A stretch of 25,050 nucleotides of DNA. It comes from a virus. Lineage: Duplodnaviria; Heunggongvirae; Uroviricota; Caudoviricetes. Under the pieces are notes generated by a model. That model was not told where the DNA came from. It made no database searches and saw only the letters and a list, made by a program, of their open reading frames with translations. Both the position numbers and the translations under genes were made by a program. The stretch's first letter is position 1; every line of letters starts with the position of its first letter. The stretch is taken from positions 1 through 25,050 of the IMG/VR virus record IMGVR_UViG_2778261084_000006, one strand, 5' to 3'. This document shows, piece by piece, positions 18,017 through 25,050 of the stretch.

Positions 18017-18535
18017 ATGGCAATGCCGCGCAAACTCAAATTAATGAACGTCTTTCTGAACGGCTACAGCTATCAGGGCGTTGCAAAGTCCGTCACGCTG
18101 CCAAAACTGACCCGTAAGCTCGAAAACTATCGCGGTGCGGGAATGAACGGCAGCGCACCGGTAGACCTCGGCCTTGATGACGATGCGCTGTCAATGGAGT
18201 GGTCGCTGGGTGGCTTCCCGGATTCGGTTATCTGGGAGCTTTACGCCGCAACCGGTGTGGATGCTGTGCCGATTCGTTTTGCAGGCTCTTACCAGCGTGA
18301 CGATACCGGCGAAACGGTGGCCGTCGAGGTGGTCATGCGTGGACGTCAGAAAGAAATCGACACCGGCGAGGGTAAACAGGGAGAAGACACCGAGTCGAAA
18401 ATCTCCGTGGTCTGCACCTATTTCCGGCTGACGATGGACGGTAAGAAGCTGGTCGAAATCGACACCATCAACATGATTGAGAAGGTGAACGGCGTCGACC
18501 GGCTGGAGCAACACCGCCGCAATATCGGCCTGTGA
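18017..18535 (+). CDS. FII: tail tube protein gpFII
   Basis: 172 aa, MAMPRKLKLMNVFLNGYSYQGVAKSVTLPKLTRKLENYRGAGMNG. Confidence 0.95.
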   Translation: MAMPRKLKLMNVFLNGYSYQGVAKSVTLPKLTRKLENYRGAGMNGSAPVDLGLDDDALSMEWSLGGFPDSVIWELYAATGVDAVPIRFAGSYQRDDTGETVAVEVVMRGRQKEIDTGEGKQGEDTESKISVVCTYFRLTMDGKKLVEIDTINMIEKVNGVDRLEQHRRNIGL

Positions 18536-18591
18536 TTTTCATCCGGTCAGCCTGGCTGACCGGTTAACCCCGATTCATAAGTGAGAAAACC

Positions 18592-18867
18592 ATGAACAAA
18601 GAAAATGTGATTACCCTGGACAATCCGGTCAAACGTGGTGAGCAGGTTATCGAACAGGTCACGCTGATGAAACCCAGTGCCGGGACGCTGCGCGGTGTCA
18701 GTCTGGCAGCGGTCGCAAACTCCGAAGTCGATGCACTGATTAAGGTGTTGCCGCGCATGACGGCACCGATGCTGACCGAGCAGGAAGTCGCCGCACTGGA
18801 ACTGCCTGACCTTGTGGCGCTGGCCGGTAAGGTGGTCGGTTTTTTGTCACCGAACTCGGTGCAGTGA
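18592..18867 (+). CDS. E: tail assembly chaperone gpE
   Basis: 91 aa; position between FII and T; ends just after slippery TTTTTTG. Confidence 0.9.
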   Translation: MNKENVITLDNPVKRGEQVIEQVTLMKPSAGTLRGVSLAAVANSEVDALIKVLPRMTAPMLTEQEVAALELPDLVALAGKVVGFLSPNSVQ

Positions 18868-19019
18868 CGTTTCCGAAAAATCTCTCGGTCGATGACCTGA
18901 TGGCGGATGTGGCAGTGATATTTCACTGGCCGCCATCAGAACTGTATCCCATGAGCCTGACCGAACTCATCACATGGCGCGAAAAGGCGCTCCGGCGAAG
19001 CGGAAACACGAATGAGTAA
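18592..19019 (+). CDS. E': gpE+E' fusion by programmed -1 ribosomal frameshift at TTTTTTG (18840-18846)
   Basis: slippery heptamer inside the last codons of E; the -1 frame stays open to TAA at 19017-19019, overlapping the T start (19012); standard P2 and general tail-chaperone arrangement. Confidence 0.75.
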
Positions 19020-21459
19020 CAATGTAAAATTACAGGTATTGCTCAGGGCTGTTGACCAGGCATCCCGCCCGTTTAAATCCATCCGCACAGCGAGCAAATC
19101 GCTGTCGGGGGATATCCGGGAAACACAAAAATCACTGCGCGAGCTGAACGGTCACGCATCCCGTATTGAGGGATTTCGCAAGACCAGTGCACAGCTCGCC
19201 GTGACTGGTCATGCACTTGAAAAGGCACGGCAGGAGGCCGAAGCCCTTGCCACACAGTTTAAAAACACCGAACGTCCGACACGTGCTCAGGCGAAAGTGC
19301 TGGAATCCGCGAAGCGTGCGGCGGAGGACTTACAGGCGAAATATTACCGCCTGACGGATTCCGTTAAACGCCAGCAGCGGGAACTGGCCGTTGTGGGAAT
19401 TAATACCCGCAATCTTGCACATGATGAGCAGGGACTGAAAAACCGTATCAGTGAAACCACCGCCCAGCTTAACCGGCAGCGTGACGCGCTGGCGCGTGTC
19501 AGTGCGCAACAGGCAAAACTTAACGCAGTCAAACAGCGTTATCAGGCCGGAAAGGAACTGGCCGGAAATATGGCCTCAGTGGGCGCTGCCGGTGTGGGGA
19601 TTGCTGCTGCGGGAACGATGGCCGGAGTTAAGTTGCTGATGCCCGGTTATGAGTTTGCGCAGAAAAACTCAGAATTGCAGGCCGTGCTCGGTGTGGCAAA
19701 AGACTCCGCCGAAATGGCCGCGCTCCGCAAGCAGGCGCGCCAGCTCGGCGACAATACCGCAGCCTCGGCAGATGATGCAGCCGGTGCTCAGATTATTATT
19801 GCGAAAGCCGGTGGGGATGTTGATGCCATTCAGGCGGCAACGCCGGTCACGCTGAATATGGCGCTGGCGAACCGTCGCACGATGGAAGAAAACGCCGCCC
19901 TGCTGATGGGGATGAAATCCGCCTTTCAGCTTTCAAACGATAAGGTCGCTCATATCGGGGATGTTCTCTCCATGACGATGAACAAAACCGCCGCCGATTT
20001 TGACGGTATGAGCGATGCGCTGACCTATGCCGCACCTGTGGCAAAAAATGCCGGTGTCAGCATTGAAGAAACCGCCGCAATGGTCGGGGCGCTGCATGAT
20101 GCAAAAATTACCGGTTCAATGGCGGGGACGGGAAGCCGTGCCGTGTTAAGTCGCCTGCAGGCACCGACGGGAAAAGCATGGGATGCACTCAAAGAGCTTG
20201 GAGTGAAAACCTCAGATAGCAAGGGAAACACCCGACCAGTATTTACAATTCTGAAAGAAATGCAGGCCAGTTTTGAGAAAAACCGGCTCGGTACTGCCCA
20301 GCAGGCTGAATACATGAAAACCATTTTCGGGGAGGAGGCCAGCTCAGCCGCCGCCGTGCTGATGACTGCCGCCTCAACCGGAAAGCTGGACAAACTGACC
20401 GCTGCGTTTAAAGCCTCAGACGGGAAGACCGCGGAGCTGGTAAATATCATGCAGGACAACCTCGGCGGTGACTTTAAGGAGTTTCAGTCCGCTTATGAGG
20501 CGGTGGGGACTGACCTGTTTGACCAGCAGGAAGGCGCGCTGCGTAAGCTCACGCAGACGGCCACAAAGTATGTGTTAAAACTCGACGGCTGGATACAGAA
20601 AAACAAATCACTGGCGTCAACCATCGGCATCATTGTCGGTGGTGCACTGGCGCTGACTGGTGTCATCGGTGCCATTGGCCTCGTAGCCTGGCCGGTTATC
20701 ACCGGCATCAATGCCATCATCGCGGCAGCAGGCGCAATGGGTGCAATCTTCACGACGGTTGGTAGTGCCATTATGACGGCCATCGGGGCGATTAGCTGGC
20801 CGGTTGTGGCCGTGGTGGCTGCCATTGTCGCCGGGGCGTTGCTTATCCGTAAATACTGGGAGCCTGTCAGCGCATTCTTTGGCGGTGTGGTTGAAGGGCT
20901 GAAAGCGGCATTTGCGCCGGTGGGGGAGCTGTTCACGCCACTGAAACCGGTGTTTGACTGGCTGGGCGAAAAGTTACAGGCCGCGTGGCAGTGGTTTAAA
21001 AACCTGATTGCCCCGGTTAAAGCCACCCAGGACACCCTGAATCGTTGCCGTGACACGGGCGTCATGTTCGGGCAGGCACTGGCTGACGCGCTGATGCTGC
21101 CGCTTAATGCGTTCAACAAACTGCGCAGCGGTATTGACTGGGTACTGGAAAAGCTCGGGGTCATCAACAAAGAGTCTGACGCACTTGACCAGACCGCCGC
21201 CAGAACTCAAGCCGCCACGTATGGCAGCGGTGGTTATATTCCGGCGACCAGCTCTTATGCAGGCTATCAGGCTTATCAGCCGGTTACGGCACCGGCTGGC
21301 CGCTCTTATGTGGACCAGAGTAAAAACGAATATCACATCAGTCTGACGGGCGGTACTGCACCGGGGACTCAGCTCGACCGCCAGTTACAGGATGCGCTCG
21401 AAAAATACGAGCGGGATAAACGTGCGCGCGCCCGTGCCAGCATGATGCATGACGGTTAA
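19012..21459 (+). CDS. T: tail tape measure protein gpT, 815 aa
   Basis: long alpha-helical protein with Ala/Gly-rich hydrophobic central segment (GIIVGGALALTGVIGAIGLVAWPV...), positioned after E/E'. Confidence 0.9.
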   Translation: MSNNVKLQVLLRAVDQASRPFKSIRTASKSLSGDIRETQKSLRELNGHASRIEGFRKTSAQLAVTGHALEKARQEAEALATQFKNTERPTRAQAKVLESAKRAAEDLQAKYYRLTDSVKRQQRELAVVGINTRNLAHDEQGLKNRISETTAQLNRQRDALARVSAQQAKLNAVKQRYQAGKELAGNMASVGAAGVGIAAAGTMAGVKLLMPGYEFAQKNSELQAVLGVAKDSAEMAALRKQARQLGDNTAASADDAAGAQIIIAKAGGDVDAIQAATPVTLNMALANRRTMEENAALLMGMKSAFQLSNDKVAHIGDVLSMTMNKTAADFDGMSDALTYAAPVAKNAGVSIEETAAMVGALHDAKITGSMAGTGSRAVLSRLQAPTGKAWDALKELGVKTSDSKGNTRPVFTILKEMQASFEKNRLGTAQQAEYMKTIFGEEASSAAAVLMTAASTGKLDKLTAAFKASDGKTAELVNIMQDNLGGDFKEFQSAYEAVGTDLFDQQEGALRKLTQTATKYVLKLDGWIQKNKSLASTIGIIVGGALALTGVIGAIGLVAWPVITGINAIIAAAGAMGAIFTTVGSAIMTAIGAISWPVVAVVAAIVAGALLIRKYWEPVSAFFGGVVEGLKAAFAPVGELFTPLKPVFDWLGEKLQAAWQWFKNLIAPVKATQDTLNRCRDTGVMFGQALADALMLPLNAFNKLRSGIDWVLEKLGVINKESDALDQTAARTQAATYGSGGYIPATSSYAGYQAYQPVTAPAGRSYVDQSKNEYHISLTGGTAPGTQLDRQLQDALEKYERDKRARARASMMHDG

Positions 21460-21473
21460 GGAGGTGACGAAAA

Positions 21474-21953
21474 ATGATGCTCGCGTTAGGTATGTTTGTT
21501 TTTATGCGCCAGACGCTGCCACACCAGACCATGCAGCGTGAATCAGATTATCGCTGGCCGTCAAATTCCCGTATCGGTAAACGGGATGCCTTTCAGTTTC
21601 TCGGTGTGGGTGAGGAAAACATTACGCTTGCCGGTGTGCTTTATCCCGAACTGACAGGCGGAAAGCTGACGATGACCACGCTCAGGCTGATGGCAGAGGA
21701 AGGTCGGGCGTGGCCGTTGCTGGATGGCACCGGCATGATTTACGGCATGTATGTCATCAGCAGGGTGAGTGAAACAGGGAGTATTTTCTTTGCAGACGGC
21801 ACACCCCGGAAAATTGATTTTACGCTGTCGCTCACCCGCGTTGATGAATCACTGGCCGCGCTTTATGGCGATATCGGTAAACAGGCGGAATCGCTCATCG
21901 GTAAGGCTGGCAGTATGGCGACCAGATTCACGGGTATGACGGGGGCGGGATAA
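21474..21953 (+). CDS. U: tail protein gpU
   Basis: 159 aa, MMLALGMFVFMRQTLPHQTMQRESDYRWPSNSRIGKRDAFQF; P2 order T-U-D. Confidence 0.9.
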   Translation: MMLALGMFVFMRQTLPHQTMQRESDYRWPSNSRIGKRDAFQFLGVGEENITLAGVLYPELTGGKLTMTTLRLMAEEGRAWPLLDGTGMIYGMYVISRVSETGSIFFADGTPRKIDFTLSLTRVDESLAALYGDIGKQAESLIGKAGSMATRFTGMTGAG

Positions 21954-23116
21954 TGCTGGATGCGCTGACATTTGATGCAGGCAGTACGCTGACGCCGGAT
22001 TACATGCTGATGCTCGACAGCAGGGATATTACCGGCAATATCAGCGACCGTCTGATGAGCATGACCCTGACGGATAACCGGGGCTTTGAGGCTGACCAGC
22101 TTGATATTGAACTGAACGATGCCGACGGGCAGGTCGGGCTGCCGGTTCGTGGCGCTGTCCTGACGGTGTATATCGGCTGGAAAGGTTTTGCCCTGGTATG
22201 CAAAGGGAAATTTACCGTTGATGAGGTTGAACACCGGGGCGCGCCGGATGTGGTTACCATCCGCGCCCGGAGTGCAGATTTTCGCGGGACGCTCAATTCC
22301 CGCCGTGAAGGCTCCTGGCATGACACCACGCTCGGTGCGATTGTTGAGGTGATAGCCTCCCGTAACAGGCTGGAAGCCAGTGTCGCGCCGTCACTGGCCG
22401 GAATTAAAATCCCGCACATCGACCAGTCGCAGGAGTCTGATGCAAAATTCCTGACCCGCCTTGCTGAACGCAACGGCGGGGAGGTGTCGGTAAAAATGGG
22501 AAAACTGTTGTTTCTCAAAGCGGGGCAGGGAGTGACGGCCAGCGGTAAAAAAATCCCGCAGGTCACCATAACCCGCAGCGACGGCGACCGCCATCATTTT
22601 GCGATTGCTGACCGTGGAGCCTACACCGGTGTAACGGCAAAATGGCTACACACCAAAGACCCGAAGCCTCAAAAGCAGAAGGTAAAACTGAAACGCAAAA
22701 AGAAAGAGAAACACCTGCGCGCACTGGAGCACCCGAAAGCGAAACCGGTCAGGCAGAAGAAAGCGCCTAAAGTACCGGAAGCGCGTGAAGGTGAATACAT
22801 GGCCGGTGAGGCTGACAACGTTTTTGCCCTGACCACGGTATATGCCACGAAAGCGCAGGCCATGCGCGCCGCTCAGGCGAAGTGGGATAAACTGCAACGG
22901 GGCGTTGCGGAGTTCTCCATCAGCCTGGCTACCGGTCGGGCAGATATTTACACGGAAACACCGGTCAAAGTGTCTGGCTTTAAGCGCGTCATAGACGAGC
23001 AGGACTGGACAATCACTAAGGTGACACATTTTCTGAATAATAGCGGCTTCACGACGTCCTTAGAGCTTGAGGTCAGGCTTTCTGATGTGGAGTACGAAAC
23101 AGAAGATGATGAGTGA
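21953..23116 (+). CDS. D: tail protein gpD (late gene D)
   Basis: 387 aa, MLDALTFDAGSTLTPDYMLMLDSRDITGNISDRLMSMTLTDNRGFEADQLDIELND; start overlaps U stop. Confidence 0.9.
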   Translation: MLDALTFDAGSTLTPDYMLMLDSRDITGNISDRLMSMTLTDNRGFEADQLDIELNDADGQVGLPVRGAVLTVYIGWKGFALVCKGKFTVDEVEHRGAPDVVTIRARSADFRGTLNSRREGSWHDTTLGAIVEVIASRNRLEASVAPSLAGIKIPHIDQSQESDAKFLTRLAERNGGEVSVKMGKLLFLKAGQGVTASGKKIPQVTITRSDGDRHHFAIADRGAYTGVTAKWLHTKDPKPQKQKVKLKRKKKEKHLRALEHPKAKPVRQKKAPKVPEAREGEYMAGEADNVFALTTVYATKAQAMRAAQAKWDKLQRGVAEFSISLATGRADIYTETPVKVSGFKRVIDEQDWTITKVTHFLNNSGFTTSLELEVRLSDVEYETEDDE

Positions 23117-23197
23117 TGTTTTTGTTTTATCTGTTTGTTTTGTAAGGATAAATTAACTAAAATGGCACCATCAACAAAACCGGAAGAGGTGCTCGCG

Positions 23198-23416
23198 ATG
23201 TTTCATTGTCCTTTATGCCAGCATGCCGCACATGCGCGTACAAGTCGCTATATCACTGACACGACAAAAGAGCGTTATCATCAGTGCCAGAACGTGAATT
23301 GCAGCGCCACGTTCATCACTTATGAGTCGGTACAGCGATACATCGTGAAGCCGGGAGAAGTCCACGCCGTAAGGCCGCACCCGTTGCCATCAGGACAGCA
23401 AATTATGTGGATGTAA
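23198..23416 (+). CDS. ogr: late-gene transcriptional activator Ogr (zinc finger), 72 aa
   Basis: MFHCPLCQHAAHARTSRYITDTTKERYHQCQNVNCSATFITYESVQRYIVKPGEVH with CxxC...CxxxxC; track ORF starts upstream at 23135. Confidence 0.9.
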   Translation: MFHCPLCQHAAHARTSRYITDTTKERYHQCQNVNCSATFITYESVQRYIVKPGEVHAVRPHPLPSGQQIMWM

Positions 23417-23428
23417 TTACAAACAGAA

Positions 23429-23453
23429 AGCCCCTCAGTCGAGGGGCTTTTTT
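23429..23453 (+). terminator. rho-independent terminator after ogr
   Basis: agcccctc-agtc-gaggggct 8-bp GC-rich stem followed by ttttt. Confidence 0.65.
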
Positions 23454-23517
23454 GTCGATGTGGTCAATGTGTGGACGTGACCAGAAATAAATCCTTTTAT
23501 TTCAATTTATTGTACGT

Positions 23518-23543
23518 AAAAAATAAGCCCGTGTAAGGGAGAT
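23518..23543. repeat. attR core (direct repeat of 476-502; forms the 3' end/terminator of cyaR)
   Basis: aaaaataagcccgtgtaagggagatt identical to the left copy apart from one fewer A. Confidence 0.8.
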
Positions 23544-23603
23544 TACACAGGCTAAGGAGGTGGTTCCTGGTACAGCTAGCATTTTATGGGTTATGTTTTT
23601 CAG
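23518..23603 (-). ncRNA. cyaR: CyaR (RyeE) Hfq-dependent sRNA
   Basis: reverse complement reads GCTGAAAAACATAACCCATAAAATGCTAGCTGTACCAGGAACCACCTCCTTAGCCTGTGTAATCTCCCTTACACGGGCTTATTTTT, matching the CyaR sequence as I recall it; lies between ogr and yegQ as in K-12. Confidence 0.85.
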
Positions 23604-23635
23604 CGAAACGGATGATAACCTTAATAAATGCAGCT

Positions 23636-23657
23636 GTATGTGATCGGTTTCTAAGAA
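23636..23657 (-). promoter_or_regulatory. putative CRP site / promoter of cyaR
   Basis: tgtgatcggtttcta (TGTGA-N6-TCTAA) ~35-50 bp upstream of the CyaR 5' end; cyaR is known to be CRP-activated; placement approximate. Confidence 0.35.
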
Positions 23658-23688
23658 TTTTCCATCCGGGAAAAATAATCGAAATTAA

Positions 23689-25050
23689 TCACTTACCGTG
23701 GGGGTTACGCGTGGTTTCCCCGGAGAAATTACGCATCAGCAGCGCGTAATTTAGCTCAAGATCCTGCGGCACCGGGATCCACACAGTATAACCATCGCCC
23801 GGTGCGACCGGCATTGCTTCGCCTTTGGCGTTTTCCATCTGCTCAAGGGTAAAGTTAATGTTGCCATGCGGCGTCATCAGCTCAAGGCTGTCGCCAACGG
23901 AGAATTTATTTTTCACCGCTACCGCCGCGAGGTCGCCCTTGCGCTCACCGGTAAACTCACCAACAAACTGCTGGCGGTCAGAAACTGAATAACCGTATTC
24001 GTAGTTCTGATAATCATCGTGAGTATGACGACGCAGGAAACCTTCGGTATAGCCACGATGCGCCAGACCTTCCAGAGTTTCCAGCAGGCTGGTATCGAAC
24101 GGTTTGCCCGCAGCGGCGTCATCGATAGCTTTACGATAAACCTGCGCGGTGCGTGCGCAATAGTAGAAAGATTTGGTACGGCCTTCGATTTTCAGCGAAT
24201 GCACGCCCATTTTGGTCAGGCGTTCAACGTGGGCGATGGCACGCAGATCTTTCGAGTTCATGATGTAAGTGCCGTGCTCATCTTCAAACGCGGTCATATA
24301 CTCGCCCGGACGCTGGGCTTCTTCGATCATAAACACTTTGTCGGTCGGCGCGCCGATACCCAGCGTCGGCTCAACATTTTGCACCGGAATCGGCTCGTAC
24401 TTATGTACGATGTTGCCAACATCATCTTCTTTCCCTTCCTGGACGTTGTACTCCCAGCGGCAGGCGTTGGTGCAGGTGCCCTGGTTCGGGTCGCGCTTGT
24501 TGATATAGCCAGAGAGCAGGCAGCGACCGGAGTAGGCCATGCACAGCGCGCCGTGAACGAAGATTTCGATCTCCATATCTGGCACCTGATTGCGGATCTC
24601 TTCAATCTCTTCCAGCGACAGCTCGCGAGAGAGGATCACGCGGGTCAGGCCCATTTGCTGCCAGAATTTCACCGTCGCCCAGTTCACGGCGTTAGCCTGT
24701 ACCGAGAGATGGATTGGCATTTCAGGGAAGTGCTCACGCACCAGCATAATCAGCCCCGGATCGGACATAATCAGCGCATCCGGCCCCATCTCCACCACCG
24801 GTTTCAGGTCACGGATAAAGGTTTTCAGCTTGGCGTTGTGCGGTGCAATGTTGACCACGACATAAAACTTTTTCCCCAGCGCGTGGGCTTCATTGATGCC
24901 GAGCTGAAGATTTTCGTGGTTAAATTCGTTGTTGCGCACACGTAGGGAGTAACGTGGCTGGCCCGCATAAACAGCATCTGCGCCATAAGCGAAAGCGTAA
25001 CGCATATTTTTCAGCGTTCCCGCCGGGGAAAGGAGTTCCGGTTTAAACAT
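23689..25050 (-). CDS. yegQ: U32-family peptidase-like protein YegQ/RlhA (23S rRNA hydroxycytidine synthase), complete 453 aa
   Basis: MFKPELLSPAGTLKNMRYAFAYGADAVYAGQPRYSLRVRNNEF...; start codon is the last 3 nt of the window; host gene by composition and synteny. Confidence 0.9.
   Translation of the reverse strand: MFKPELLSPAGTLKNMRYAFAYGADAVYAGQPRYSLRVRNNEFNHENLQLGINEAHALGKKFYVVVNIAPHNAKLKTFIRDLKPVVEMGPDALIMSDPGLIMLVREHFPEMPIHLSVQANAVNWATVKFWQQMGLTRVILSRELSLEEIEEIRNQVPDMEIEIFVHGALCMAYSGRCLLSGYINKRDPNQGTCTNACRWEYNVQEGKEDDVGNIVHKYEPIPVQNVEPTLGIGAPTDKVFMIEEAQRPGEYMTAFEDEHGTYIMNSKDLRAIAHVERLTKMGVHSLKIEGRTKSFYYCARTAQVYRKAIDDAAAGKPFDTSLLETLEGLAHRGYTEGFLRRHTHDDYQNYEYGYSVSDRQQFVGEFTGERKGDLAAVAVKNKFSVGDSLELMTPHGNINFTLEQMENAKGEAMPVAPGDGYTVWIPVPQDLELNYALLMRNFSGETTRNPHGK

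Larger units (their letters stand above)
476..23543. mobile_element. P2-family prophage, defective (capsid/lysis/baseplate module deleted), carrying three AT-rich cargo loci
   Basis: bounded by direct repeats aaaaa(a)taagcccgtgtaagggagatt at 476-502 and 23518-23543; P2 gene order int-C-cox-B-A ... Q-P' ... H'-G-FI-FII-E-T-U-D-ogr recognised from the translated ORFs. Confidence 0.85.

Noticed and set aside
19073-21532. Multiple minus- and off-frame ORFs within gpT (e.g. 20025..20459, 20493..21170, 20974..21336)
   Set aside because: Lie inside or antisense to the tape measure gene; Ala/Ser/Pro-rich shadow frames.
24019-24945. 308-aa plus-strand ORF opposite yegQ
   Set aside because: Antisense to a well-conserved host gene; shadow ORF.
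1-25050. CRISPR arrays, tRNA genes, IS elements or transposases
   Set aside because: No regularly spaced direct repeats, no tRNA-like cloverleaf at the att site (the target is the sRNA cyaR) and no transposase-like ORFs were seen.

Overview
No searches or computations were run; all calls rest on reading the sequence and the supplied ORF track, plus recalled knowledge of phage P2 and the E. coli K-12 yegR-cyaR-yegQ locus. The window is an enterobacterial chromosomal segment (yegR-like lipoprotein gene on the left; sRNA gene cyaR and yegQ/rlhA on the right) holding a ~23.1-kb P2-family prophage (476-23543) inserted at the 3' end of cyaR, bounded by a 26/27-bp direct repeat. Gene order is canonical P2: int, C, cox, B, small early ORFs, A, cos, Q, then the tail and late-control genes G, FI, FII, E/E', T, U, D, ogr. 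The prophage is defective: terminase gene P (minus strand) is cut short and abuts a 5'-truncated tail-fibre gene H, so the capsid, lysis and baseplate module is missing. The most interesting content is three visibly AT-rich cargo loci (not computed) placed where P2-like phages keep variable accessory and anti-phage genes: (1) between A and cos, a 612-aa unknown protein with a possible HEPN-like Rx4H motif and a C-terminal hydrophobic tail; (2) between cos and Q, an overlapping two-gene cassette of a CxxC zinc-ribbon protein and a 2-TM membrane protein; (3) between G and FI, a PIN-like protein, a 352-aa unknown protein and a convergent GNAT acetyltransferase, separated by short repeated intergenic motifs. 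These are candidate undescribed defence, abortive-infection or toxin modules. I could not match any of them to a named system from sequence alone.
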